DNA of 64,000 bases from an uncultured Candidatus Saccharibacteria bacterium (GTDB lineage Bacteria; Patescibacteriota; Minisyncoccia; Phycocordibacterales; UBA6899). The stretch spans positions 3,315 through 67,314 of the forward strand of contig CAYXYK010000003.1 in NCBI GenBank assembly GCA_964469335.1, given 5' to 3'. Below, piece after piece: positions 36,689 to 46,156 of the stretch. The position numbers and the translations under genes were made by a program. The notes under the pieces were generated by a model that was not told the DNA's origin, made no database searches, and worked only from the letters and a program-made list of their open reading frames with translations. Position 1 is the first letter of the stretch. Each line of letters opens with the position of its first letter.

Positions 36689-37786
36689 CTACTTGAGTCC
36701 GGCGTAGAATGCTTTAATTTCCTTGCATACTCGCAAGATGTCCTTGTCGGAGAGTGTGAACGCCGAAGGGAGCCATAGCGACGCGGGGGACATGTGGGTC
36801 GAATTGGGGAAATTCTTGTCTGATTTTTTGTATGCCAATTGGCGGTGGATCGGATACCAGTATTTACGACTGTCGATATTGTGGGCGCGGAGAAGCTTCT
36901 CAAGAGCGTCGCGATGGATGGTCGCGATATCGGTCCACTGCGGCACTCCGCCTGCTTGGGAGGGGAATATGTAGATATCACCGACTCCTTGGAGCTCCTT
37001 GGCGTAAATGGCGTAATTTCGCTTCATACGCTCGACTCTCTTGCCGAGGTGGGTGAGTTGTCCTAATCCGACTCCCGCCTGCAGGTCGGTCATTTTGAGG
37101 TTGTAACCGATGGTGTTATGGAGGTCGTCGCCGCCGGTGCCGCGGATAGGGCGACCTTGGTCCTTGAGAGGCCGCAGTGCTTCATAGATCTTCTTGTCAT
37201 TGGTGACCACTACGCCGCCTTGTCCCGTGGAGATGGTCTTGTTCGGAGAGAACGAGAAGCATCCTGCATTTCCCCAAAGTCCGAGATATTTTCCTTTGTA
37301 TTTTGAAAGCAACGCCTCAGCAGCATCCTCGACGACGATGAGTTTATGCTTCTTCGCGATCTTGAGGATATTCGTCATGTCCGCAGCGCGACCGGTGACG
37401 TGAACCGGAACGATGGCGCGAGTCTTCTTGGTAATCGCCTTCTCGATCGCATCAGTACTTATGGTGAGGGTGTTCGGATCGACGTCGACAAGGACAGGTG
37501 TCGCTCCAAGGAGGTCAACGGCGTTCGCGGTCGCAATGAAGGTGATGTCGGGAACGAGTACTTCGTCGCCGCGAGAGACTCCAGCTGCCTTGAGTGCGAG
37601 GAAGATGGCGATGGTGCAGTTATTCGTCGCGATCGCGTACTTCACTCCGAGGAGCTTCTTGATCTCTTCCTCGAATCGAGTGACCAAAGGGCCCTCGTTG
37701 ACGTAGTTATTGTCGAGTGCACTTTTCACGAAGCGATGGTCTTCTTTCTCGATGTGCGGCTGCCACCAGGGGATTCTTTTTTCCAT
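36689..37786 (-). CDS. DegT/DnrJ/EryC1/StrS-family PLP-dependent sugar aminotransferase
   Basis: WWQPHIEKEDHRFVKSALDNNYVNEGPLVTRFE N-terminus. The segment GCFSFSPNKTISTGQGG contains the conserved PLP-lysine. Confidence 0.85.
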   Translation of the reverse strand: MEKRIPWWQPHIEKEDHRFVKSALDNNYVNEGPLVTRFEEEIKKLLGVKYAIATNNCTIAIFLALKAAGVSRGDEVLVPDITFIATANAVDLLGATPVLVDVDPNTLTISTDAIEKAITKKTRAIVPVHVTGRAADMTNILKIAKKHKLIVVEDAAEALLSKYKGKYLGLWGNAGCFSFSPNKTISTGQGGVVVTNDKKIYEALRPLKDQGRPIRGTGGDDLHNTIGYNLKMTDLQAGVGLGQLTHLGKRVERMKRNYAIYAKELQGVGDIYIFPSQAGGVPQWTDIATIHRDALEKLLRAHNIDSRKYWYPIHRQLAYKKSDKNFPNSTHMSPASLWLPSAFTLSDKDILRVCKEIKAFYAGLK

Positions 37787-37794
37787 GAATGAGA

Positions 37795-39042
37795 TTAGTT
37801 ATCAATGATACGAGGAGTAGGGAGTGGCATGATGAACTTGCCCTTGTAGCCGAGCTTGCGGTAGATCCGCATCAATTCTTCGCCGATGTGCCATGACAGG
37901 ATGAGCGCATATGACGGCTGCTCCTTGAATATCTGTTCTTCGTCGACGACGGGGATGTGCGTTCCGGGAGTGTAGAGCCCGATCTTCGGTGAACCTTTCT
38001 TCTCACCGGCATACGAAACGAGGTGTGTGTTGATCTTGGTGAACCCGAGAAGTGTGTTGGAGCGTGCCGCGCTCGAAACTCCGGCGATGGTCGCGCCGGT
38101 CTTCTTGACCGAGAGGAGGAGTGCGAGGAGGTCGTTCTTCGCGGAGATGACGCGCTCGCCGAATGCACGAAGGGTCTTCGTGTCATAGAGACCAAGAGCC
38201 TCTTCTTCCTTGAGGATCTCCGCCACCCGTGCAGCCGGCTTGTGTGTTCCGGTCTTCATGTAGACGCGAATAGAGCCGCCTGCCGCATCAATGTGTTCGG
38301 CGTCGACAATGGACATGCCCGCATCCTTGGCGAGTCGCATAAGCGGCTTGAGCGCGTAGAAACGCAAATGTTCGTGGTAGACGGTATCGAATTCGAGTTT
38401 CTCGACGATGTCAGCAAGATACTGTGACTCAGAAACGAACACGCTGTCCTTTCCCATCATCGCTTTGACGGCACGGATGAGTTTCGGTGTGTCGTCGATG
38501 TGTGCGAACACATTGGTCGCGGTGATGACCTTGGCCTTGCCGTGCTTTGCTACTACTTTCTTCGCACTCGCAAGGGTGAAGAATTCTTCGTAGGTTTTGA
38601 TGCCGTTCTTGTTCGCGACACGTGCCGCGCGGGTGGGCTCGACTCCGACAACCTTCATCCCGCGTCGTTTGAACGAAGAAAGAAGTGTTCCGTCGTTCGA
38701 TCCGATGTCGACGATAAGATCACCGTCTACATAGCTCCCGTTTGCCTTGAGTGTCTCGGCGAGCGACTCGAAATTGCGGATGAGCATGTTGGTAAGTCCG
38801 GTACGATACGGGTAGTGGGGAGGGAAGACGAGTTTCGGGTCAACGACATAGTCGAGCTGGACGAGTCCGCATTTCTCGCAGCGCACGAGGTTCAAGGGGT
38901 AGGTCGTCTCTTCTTCGTGGAGCTCCTTTTGGGTGCGATAGTTCTGCACGATAGGCTGATGGCCGAGATCGAGAATACCCTTGAGGTTATCATTGCCGCA
39001 AATCTGGCATTTGCTGACGTGACCGTATGCGTTCTTCTTCAT
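37795..39042 (-). CDS. sugar C-methyltransferase-like SAM methyltransferase (N-terminal Zn-ribbon + Methyltransf_13/14 architecture)
   Basis: N-terminal CQICGN...CEKCGLVQL zinc-binding motif. There is a central VDIGSNDGTLL SAM motif and a long C-terminal domain. This architecture is typical of TylC3/NovU-type C-methyltransferases. Confidence 0.7.
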   Translation of the reverse strand: MKKNAYGHVSKCQICGNDNLKGILDLGHQPIVQNYRTQKELHEEETTYPLNLVRCEKCGLVQLDYVVDPKLVFPPHYPYRTGLTNMLIRNFESLAETLKANGSYVDGDLIVDIGSNDGTLLSSFKRRGMKVVGVEPTRAARVANKNGIKTYEEFFTLASAKKVVAKHGKAKVITATNVFAHIDDTPKLIRAVKAMMGKDSVFVSESQYLADIVEKLEFDTVYHEHLRFYALKPLMRLAKDAGMSIVDAEHIDAAGGSIRVYMKTGTHKPAARVAEILKEEEALGLYDTKTLRAFGERVISAKNDLLALLLSVKKTGATIAGVSSAARSNTLLGFTKINTHLVSYAGEKKGSPKIGLYTPGTHIPVVDEEQIFKEQPSYALILSWHIGEELMRIYRKLGYKGKFIMPLPTPRIIDN

Positions 39043-39086
39043 CGTAGTGTGCGTGTAAAAAATCTATTAAGTTCATTATTTATAAC

Positions 39087-39899
39087 CTACTTTCCCTCAT
39101 TCGGGTTGCGCGAATCGTCGTTTTCCTGCTTAAAACCTGAAAAGTATTTTTCGTCAACAATGAGCATGTGCTTATCTCCGATAGTGAAGTCCGCAGGAGG
39201 GAACGGTTCGAACGTCATGGCACGGATGAAACGCTCAATGGTCTTGCCATCCCAATTCCAGTCTATCTTGCCGTCTCCCGGAAGCCCTTTCGGATAGTAG
39301 GTCGCTTCGCTCTCGTTCTGTGGGGTTGAAACGATCTTCTTGCCTGCGACAAGATCCGCCACAAGGGCGGTGAACAGTGTCGTTCCGGCCTGCGTGAATT
39401 TGTCGTACAGCGTTCTCCCGGTGTCAGTTTCCGTGATAGGGAAACGTTCTTGTGCGACGATCGGCCCGCTATCGAGTCCTTCATCCATGAAGTGGAGGGT
39501 CGCTCCGGTCTCTTTTTCGTTGTTGAAGAGTGCGTGTACAGTAGAGAATCTTCCGCGATATTTCGGGAGCAGTGCGGGGTGGATGTTGAAGGTGCCAAGC
39601 GTGGGGATATCGAGCACTTCTTTCGGGATGATCTGCATCCCGCCGATACAGAAGATATGGTCCGGTTTCGCGTCCCTGATCATGGAAACCACCTCTTCGT
39701 CCCGGACTTTTTTCCCGGTAATGACCGTGATGTCATGTTCCCTGGCAACACGGACCAAGGACTCGTGCCAGGAGTCGACCCCTTCGTCATCGAGGTTTGC
39801 GACCACGAACTCCGGGGGAATGTTCTCAGCGACAAGAATGCGGAGTGCATTGACCCCGATCTGCTTCCCGCCGATGAATACGCTTCGTATGTGCTCCAT
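39087..39899 (-). CDS. formyltransferase (Fmt/ArnA-N-like; probable sugar N-formyltransferase)
   Basis: FNIHPALLPKYRG is the formyl-transferase signature (HxxLLPxxRG). The N-terminal segment VFIGGKQIGVNALRIL is a nucleotide-binding fold. Confidence 0.8.
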   Translation of the reverse strand: MEHIRSVFIGGKQIGVNALRILVAENIPPEFVVANLDDEGVDSWHESLVRVAREHDITVITGKKVRDEEVVSMIRDAKPDHIFCIGGMQIIPKEVLDIPTLGTFNIHPALLPKYRGRFSTVHALFNNEKETGATLHFMDEGLDSGPIVAQERFPITETDTGRTLYDKFTQAGTTLFTALVADLVAGKKIVSTPQNESEATYYPKGLPGDGKIDWNWDGKTIERFIRAMTFEPFPPADFTIGDKHMLIVDEKYFSGFKQENDDSRNPNEGK

Positions 39900-39981
39900 G
39901 TTATTATTCGATTATCACATTGTAATCCAATCCACCTTCGACGGTGGGGCGGAGATTCAGTTACAGTATATCCACTATGTC

Positions 39982-41187
39982 ATGAAAATCTACTTCATCA
40001 CCTCAAAACTCAATTTCTTCAAATCCGGAGGCTCCATCGAAGAGTTCGACCTGATGATGCGCACATTGGTCGCCGACGGGCATCAAGTCGTGTGCGTCAC
40101 GACCTTTGCCGAGGACAATGATATCCAGACCGAACTGCCGTACACCGTCGTCGTCGAGGACATTCCATGGAGAAGCGTCTACAATCTCCAGCGCGGGGTG
40201 TATCGGATCATGAAAAAATATGAGCATGATGCAGACTTCTTCCACGTAGACGGACATCTTTTCCTGTACGGAGCAGGATGTTATCGCAGAATGGGCGGGA
40301 AAGTCCCGGTGTCCGCGTTCTTTAACCGTGAGCTCGGATTCTTCCCGGCAGACCGTTCGACACTGCTTGCAGCAAAGCAGGTTTCGCTTCCAAGGAAGAT
40401 CAAAAAGATACTCCGTGACACACTCGAGAGGACGCTCGGTATGTATCTTGCACGCGCGATCGACCTTCGCTCGTTCATCAGTCCGATGTATCAAAAGATG
40501 TACGAACGAAGTGGGCTTCATGACAACGGACGCCATTTCGTGATGGGTGATCCGATCGACTTTCCGCTCCTGATGAGTAAGAATCAGATCACGGAACAGA
40601 GTTATGTCTCGCGGACTGACCATGAAGGGCCGGTCCAACTCTTCTTCTCAAGTCGAATGGCTCCAGGGAAGGGGTTCGACCTCATTCTTGCGGGCTTCGC
40701 ACGGGTGAAGGATAAAGAACGTTACCGATTGATCCTAGGCGGGACGGGGCCTGAAGAGGCGGCGATACACAAGATGGCGGAAGAGCTCGACATCATGAGA
40801 TACATCACCTTTCCGGGGTGGATGACCCGGGATGATCTCTACGCGGCATACAAGAAGGCGGATGTCTTCATTCAAATAGGATGGAGACCGGAGGGGACTT
40901 CGATCTCGCTGCTCTATGCGATGGCATTCGGCCTACCTTCGATAGTCCCGAAAGAGAGCGGACTCGCCTGGCAAGCCGGCGGTTCGGCGCTTCATATCAC
41001 CAACGGCGATCACGACTCGGTCGCACGAGCGATCGAACAGCTCGGGACGGATGCTGCGCTTCGTAAAAAACTCTCCGGCGAATGTTTCGTCCGTCTTGCC
41101 GATGAACAGATGGATCACAAAAAGGTGATTGCGAAGTGGGAGCGAGAGATGCGCTCCATCAGCGAAGGAACGAAAAGCGCATCTTGA
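39982..41187 (+). CDS. GT4-like glycosyltransferase
   Basis: EGTSISLLYAMAFGLPSIVPKESG E-x7-E-like block. I chose the ATG at 39982 (MKIYFITSKLNFF). The upstream part of the track ORF overlaps the minus-strand formyltransferase. Confidence 0.7.
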   Translation: MKIYFITSKLNFFKSGGSIEEFDLMMRTLVADGHQVVCVTTFAEDNDIQTELPYTVVVEDIPWRSVYNLQRGVYRIMKKYEHDADFFHVDGHLFLYGAGCYRRMGGKVPVSAFFNRELGFFPADRSTLLAAKQVSLPRKIKKILRDTLERTLGMYLARAIDLRSFISPMYQKMYERSGLHDNGRHFVMGDPIDFPLLMSKNQITEQSYVSRTDHEGPVQLFFSSRMAPGKGFDLILAGFARVKDKERYRLILGGTGPEEAAIHKMAEELDIMRYITFPGWMTRDDLYAAYKKADVFIQIGWRPEGTSISLLYAMAFGLPSIVPKESGLAWQAGGSALHITNGDHDSVARAIEQLGTDAALRKKLSGECFVRLADEQMDHKKVIAKWEREMRSISEGTKSAS

Positions 41188-42694
41188 ATCGGTCGACGAA
41201 CGACATGCCGATGATCCGCAGGGTCGGGTATGGGCCTTTCTTCGCGAATCGGTATGTCAGATACATCGTATAGAGATATCCGAGTGAGATGACCCCTCCG
41301 AGAAAAAGGAATCCGAGTGTCGTGTTGAAGACCGGGTAGCGAAGGAAGAAGAGCGAGACAAGAAGCGGGGCCGCCGTCGCAATAACGACCGAGAGCACTG
41401 TCTCCGCGATCTTCGGGAGTGAGAGCTGCACGAGTCTGTGTAGGTGAAATACCGAATATGCGCCTGCGACGAGTGAGCTCGCCGCCATCGCGTACGCTGC
41501 TCCGGTGATGCCGTACAAGGGGGTGAGAAACAGTAATGCGGTGATCAGTACGATGACATAGAGTACCCCCGCAGTGAATTGGATACGCGGCTTCCCGAGC
41601 GCGTTCAAGACCGGTGCTGTGAGCGTCACTGTGAGGATGTCGATGGTCGCCGCGATGGTGAGGATCTTCAGGTTCTCCGCGATCGCGATCCATTTGTCTC
41701 CGAGCAGGATGAGCACAAGTCTGTCACCAGCAACCAAGATAGCGACCAAGAAGGGGAATGCGACCACGAAGATGACCTCGAAGCTCTTGCTCCAACCTTC
41801 GCGCACATGTGCAAGAGACTCCTGTACGCGGGAGTATGCGGCGAAACTGATCTTGTTGATCAGGCTCACGACTGGTGAAGTTGGAGCGTTCGCGAGGCCT
41901 TTTGCCTTGGTGAAGAGACCGACTGAGGTCGGGTCGGTGAAGCGAGCGACGATCGAGTCTTCCAGCGTGCGAGCGAGTTGTCCGAACAACTGCTGTCCGA
42001 AGATCCACTGGCTGTAGGGGAGGAGCTCCCTGAGTTTCCTGAACTTGAAATCGAAATGTGGACGGTAGTCATTCAGGAGGTAGGTCGAACCGATGTTCAT
42101 CGTCACCGAAAGTACGCTCGCAAGAAAGAGTGCCCAGTACGTGTGGAAAAGCATCGCACCACCCACAGAAACGAAAAATGATGTCGCTGAACCGGAAAGG
42201 TCACGCAGAAAGACCTTCTTGAAATCGAGATTCTTGAAAAAATATATCTGTCCGATGTTGCTCCATCCCGGAATGAAGAGCAGGAATCCGCTCATCTGAA
42301 ACAGTAGCGTTGCTTCTTCCGCATGAAAGAACGAGGCGAACAACGGTCCAAGCAATATCACGACGGCGAAGAGCAATATCGAGCGAATGACATTGAATGT
42401 CCATATCGCATTGAGGTACTTTTTCTCTTCCCCGTCCTTCTTTTGGATGAGTGCGTTCTCGAACGATAGGCTTGTGCATGCGTCGATGAGATTCGGGATG
42501 ATGGCTGCAATCGCGATGAGACCGAAATCCGCAGGGGTCAATAGTCGTGCAGTGATGAAGAAGGTGCCGTAGCCGAAGAACTTCTGCGAAATCGTGTTGA
42601 CCACAGACCAATGTCCTGCCAAAAGAGAAAGCCCGAGCGTGTTCTTGCTCTTATTCAAAAAGGCTTCTTTTTCAGATGAGTCCTCGTTGTTCAT
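41159..42694 (-). CDS. Wzx-like oligosaccharide flippase (MOP/polysaccharide biosynthesis protein family)
   Basis: 511 aa with about 12-14 TM helices and a typical PF01943/PF13440 layout (LLTPADFGLIAIA...). It converges on, and overlaps by 29 nt, the GT4 at 39982..41187. Confidence 0.75.
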   Translation of the reverse strand: MNNEDSSEKEAFLNKSKNTLGLSLLAGHWSVVNTISQKFFGYGTFFITARLLTPADFGLIAIAAIIPNLIDACTSLSFENALIQKKDGEEKKYLNAIWTFNVIRSILLFAVVILLGPLFASFFHAEEATLLFQMSGFLLFIPGWSNIGQIYFFKNLDFKKVFLRDLSGSATSFFVSVGGAMLFHTYWALFLASVLSVTMNIGSTYLLNDYRPHFDFKFRKLRELLPYSQWIFGQQLFGQLARTLEDSIVARFTDPTSVGLFTKAKGLANAPTSPVVSLINKISFAAYSRVQESLAHVREGWSKSFEVIFVVAFPFLVAILVAGDRLVLILLGDKWIAIAENLKILTIAATIDILTVTLTAPVLNALGKPRIQFTAGVLYVIVLITALLFLTPLYGITGAAYAMAASSLVAGAYSVFHLHRLVQLSLPKIAETVLSVVIATAAPLLVSLFFLRYPVFNTTLGFLFLGGVISLGYLYTMYLTYRFAKKGPYPTLRIIGMSFVDRFKMRFSFLR

Positions 42695-44199
42695 TTATTT
42701 TTTTGCAAATCGAGTTTTTTTGTCAGCGCTTCAGAAAGTTTTTTGATACCTTCATCGTTCCTGATCTCTTCGTAAGAATCGGAGTTGACCCATAGGTGGA
42801 TGTAGTCACCCGGTATGGATTCTTCAAGAAGTGCTGACACGAAATCCACGAGCGATTTTTCGTTGTGTTTCCAGTCTTGCAGTTGTTCTTTTATGAGATA
42901 AGGCAGTTCTTCATAACCGCGACAGCGTTTCACTCCAGGAACATCATTATAAAATACATCGCCAAAAGTTATAACCGGTTTTTTCAAGAGTATTGATTCC
43001 CAACCGCCCGACCCCGTTATTGTTAAGGTAATTTTTGTATTTTTCAGCAGCTCACTCCCGTTCAGATCCGGTCTTATGAGTTTAATATTCGGCACCTTGA
43101 GGATCTCTTTGTAAAAATCTCTTGTTCGGTATCCGACCATTCCGGGGTGTTCTTTGACGTAAAGAAACATGTCGATCGGAAGTGCTCTCGCTACAGCTTT
43201 CACGACCTGGGCTTGGTCAGTGTAATATGGAGCGTATAGTAGGGTCGACATTTCAGGGTCATAATGAAGAGGGAAGTAAGCGTAATTCTCGTTCGCTTGA
43301 ATATCACTGTAGAGATCGGAATATCCAATAAGACCTCGAGTTTTCCTTTTTAACTTGTCCCACATCAGCCACCAGATCAGCACGTCCGTATAGTCACGAT
43401 CATCTTTGCGAAGATCGCTTAGCAGTGTCTTTGAGTGCCACACAATGCTCTTTATAAGTTTTTCCGGTTTGAGAAATTCGATGTTTGCCTTGCGAAGTGC
43501 TTGATTATTGAAGGTGGGAGCCGCTTCTTTTCGATACGGCATCGGTCGGTCCCGGAATTGTACGACGTATTCTTTCGCGGCCTCCGCTTCCGGAGAGACT
43601 CTGCCTGTCGAGATCTCTTCAAAATACTTTTTCACCCAAGTAAAATTCTTGTAGTCCTCAGAAAAAACCATCTTGTTCCCAATTCGGGCAAGTTCGAGTG
43701 TGATGCACTGTATCCCGCGTTTCTTTGCGATGAAGTAGAGTAGTGAACTTCCGACCGATCCGATGACCGAGATGACGAGTGCATCAGGCTTCTCCTTGTC
43801 GAGGAATGCGATAATCGCTTTTGCGGTGACCTGTACGCGGAGGAGTATATCTTCGTAAGAAAGTGACGGATGGTTAAAGGGGTATTCGCGCACTAATTGT
43901 CCGTTCATTATCACGCGGTCTACGTAGAGATGCGGCCAGAGGTTCGGTATCCCGTACTCCTTCTCGATCCGGGCGAGATACTCATAGTCGATGACTTCAT
44001 CTTTGATGCGCTTGTGGATATCTTCTTCAAGAAGGAGAGCGGTGTAGTCGATGTCTTTCTGTGATTTGAGGAAATCAAGGCTCGGACGCATGCCGACGAA
44101 GGCGCAGAATTCTGTTTCCGGATGGAGTTCCTTAATGTGGGTCGCCATGGCGTGACCGATCATGGCCCAGCGGCGTTGTAGGAAGAAGCATACTTTCAT
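42691..44199 (-). CDS. capsule-polysaccharide-biosynthesis (KpsC/KpsS, PF05159-like) family protein
   Basis: 502 aa. The C-terminal block FLYVKEHPGMVGY...ITLTITGSGGWESILLKKPVITFGDVFY matches the HP...tinSt.G.EA...gkPv pattern of that family. Tentative. Confidence 0.45.
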   Translation of the reverse strand: MKVCFFLQRRWAMIGHAMATHIKELHPETEFCAFVGMRPSLDFLKSQKDIDYTALLLEEDIHKRIKDEVIDYEYLARIEKEYGIPNLWPHLYVDRVIMNGQLVREYPFNHPSLSYEDILLRVQVTAKAIIAFLDKEKPDALVISVIGSVGSSLLYFIAKKRGIQCITLELARIGNKMVFSEDYKNFTWVKKYFEEISTGRVSPEAEAAKEYVVQFRDRPMPYRKEAAPTFNNQALRKANIEFLKPEKLIKSIVWHSKTLLSDLRKDDRDYTDVLIWWLMWDKLKRKTRGLIGYSDLYSDIQANENYAYFPLHYDPEMSTLLYAPYYTDQAQVVKAVARALPIDMFLYVKEHPGMVGYRTRDFYKEILKVPNIKLIRPDLNGSELLKNTKITLTITGSGGWESILLKKPVITFGDVFYNDVPGVKRCRGYEELPYLIKEQLQDWKHNEKSLVDFVSALLEESIPGDYIHLWVNSDSYEEIRNDEGIKKLSEALTKKLDLQKNK

Positions 44200-44294
44200 G
44201 CGGGTGGGATAGTTGGAGTTTAGCGGGAAATATCCTATAACCTTAGCATGCGAAAGGGTGCCGCTCCAGTACCCGCGTATGCTATCATAGGCCT

Positions 44295-45053
44295 ATGTAT
44301 AACGGGAAAAACCTCAAAATAGTCGCAACAATAGAGGCACGAATGACCTCTTCACGCCTTCCTGGGAAGGTGCTCCTTCCTATCGGGGGAGTTCCGGCAC
44401 TTGAGATGCTTGTCACAAGACTGAGACGGAGTAAGTACCTCGACGGCATCTGTGTCGCCACCACCGTGAACGAAGATGATGAGCCGATCGTGCAATTGAC
44501 GGAGAGACTTGGTGTCTCGAATTTCCGCGGGAGTGAGAGTGATGTACTCTCTCGGGTGCTCGGCGCTGCGCGGTCGATGTCTGCAGATATCATCGTCGAG
44601 ATCACCGGCGACTGCCCGTTCGTAGACCCTCTCCTGGTCGATCGCGCTGTCGAAGAGTTCTTTACGCACGAGGTCGATTATGCGTCGAATACCATCACTG
44701 CGACCTATGCCAACGGATTCGATGTGCAAGTGTTCCCGACAGCGATACTTGCTGAGGTGGACTCGCTGACACAGGACCCAGTTGATCGTACACATGTCTC
44801 ATACTATATCTATATGCATCCGGAGAAATATCGACTGCATAATTGGGTCGCGGATGCGGAAAGTCACGGCCCGGAACTCCGTATGACCCTCGATGAGGAT
44901 TCCGACTATCAAGCACTCCAGAGTGTCGCGGCAGCACTACTCCCCATTGATCCGAATTTCTCGGCGAAAGATGTGACGCAATATCTACGCGTACATCCAG
45001 AAGTGGTTGCACTGAATGCGAATGTGAGACAAAAAGAAGCAAATGAGCTATAA
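44295..45053 (+). CDS. SpsF-type (CTP_transf_3) cytidylyltransferase, paralog A
   Basis: KIVATIEARMTSSRLPGKVL matches the N-terminal signature of SpsF/acylneuraminate-cytidylyltransferase-family enzymes. Confidence 0.75.
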   Translation: MYNGKNLKIVATIEARMTSSRLPGKVLLPIGGVPALEMLVTRLRRSKYLDGICVATTVNEDDEPIVQLTERLGVSNFRGSESDVLSRVLGAARSMSADIIVEITGDCPFVDPLLVDRAVEEFFTHEVDYASNTITATYANGFDVQVFPTAILAEVDSLTQDPVDRTHVSYYIYMHPEKYRLHNWVADAESHGPELRMTLDEDSDYQALQSVAAALLPIDPNFSAKDVTQYLRVHPEVVALNANVRQKEANEL

Positions 45054-45165
45054 ACATCATCCATCAGCACCTCGTCTGCAGCGTTCCGGGGCCCCCGCGC
45101 CTCGTCACCGTACTCAAAGTACGGCTCCGTCGTCGCGCACCCCGCGCCTTGCATCCAAGATACTG

Positions 45166-46155
45166 ATGAATAATGTTTTGAAAAAGAAAGTTTATCGGAC
45201 TGTGATCATCGGGGCAGGACGCATCGCATCAACGTTCGATACACCTTCTTCGCGCCATGTCCTCACGCATGCGCATGCGATCACTGCGAATCCCAACTTC
45301 ACACTCCTCGCGATGAGTGATGTCGACGAGGTCCGCGGAAAGAAAGAGTCGAAGAAATGGGACTGTGTGTTCTTCACTGACACCGAACTGATGCTCGAGA
45401 GCGTGAAGCCCGACGTCGTCGTCATCGCATCTCCAGATTCGCTACATACCGAGCATCTTCTTCTCGCACTCCGGCATGGCCCTAAGCTCATCATTTGCGA
45501 AAAGCCCGTGGTCGCGAAGAAGGCTGAGATGGCAATGCTTGAACAGGCATTCAGAGGGTCAAAGGCCGCAGTGATCGTGAACTTCTCTCGACGTTTCGAT
45601 GCATCGGTGGGCGAGCTGCGTGATCTTCTCAGAAAAGGGAAATACGGGAAGATCATTTCAGCGAACGGGGTTTACACCAATGGAGTATTGCATAACGGCT
45701 CACATCTTTTCGACCTTGCCCGTTTCCTGTTCGGAGAAGTAAAAAGTGTACGCGGATATTCAGGTGTCCCTGATCACAATAAGGGAGATCCGAGTGTCTC
45801 CGGGTTCGCAACATTTCAGGATTGTCCCGAGTTTACCCTTATGACAGGAGACGAACGCCAATATGCGATATTCGAGCTAGAGATCATTACCGAAAAGAAG
45901 CGCATCCGATTCGAGAATTTCGGGCAGGAAATGGTAACACAGGATGTCGTACGCGATCCGATTTTCAAAGGATTCAAGGCCCTGTCAAAGCGAAAGGTGA
46001 CGATGACCAAGTTGGTGGACGCGATGCCGGAACTGTATCGTCACGCAGCAGAAGTCTTAAACAAGAAGAAGTCATCACGATCGTCACTTGCTGACGCGAT
46101 GAAGACCCAGGCGGCATGTTTCCGATTACTCGAAAGTATCACATCAAAAAAATAA
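45166..46155 (+). CDS. Gfo/Idh/MocA-family NAD(P)-dependent oxidoreductase
   Basis: YRTVIIGAGRIAS Rossmann motif and the IICEKPV block. I chose the ATG at 45166. The track start at 45043 adds a low-complexity Pro/Ser/Arg extension. Confidence 0.7.
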   Translation: MNNVLKKKVYRTVIIGAGRIASTFDTPSSRHVLTHAHAITANPNFTLLAMSDVDEVRGKKESKKWDCVFFTDTELMLESVKPDVVVIASPDSLHTEHLLLALRHGPKLIICEKPVVAKKAEMAMLEQAFRGSKAAVIVNFSRRFDASVGELRDLLRKGKYGKIISANGVYTNGVLHNGSHLFDLARFLFGEVKSVRGYSGVPDHNKGDPSVSGFATFQDCPEFTLMTGDERQYAIFELEIITEKKRIRFENFGQEMVTQDVVRDPIFKGFKALSKRKVTMTKLVDAMPELYRHAAEVLNKKKSSRSSLADAMKTQAACFRLLESITSKK

Positions 46156-46156
46156 T

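Noticed and set aside
39340-39981. 5' extension of the GT4 ORF (track start 39340)
   Set aside because: The extension is antisense to the formyltransferase coding region and is Ser/Cys/Pro-rich nonsense. The real start is the ATG at 39982 giving MKIYFITS.
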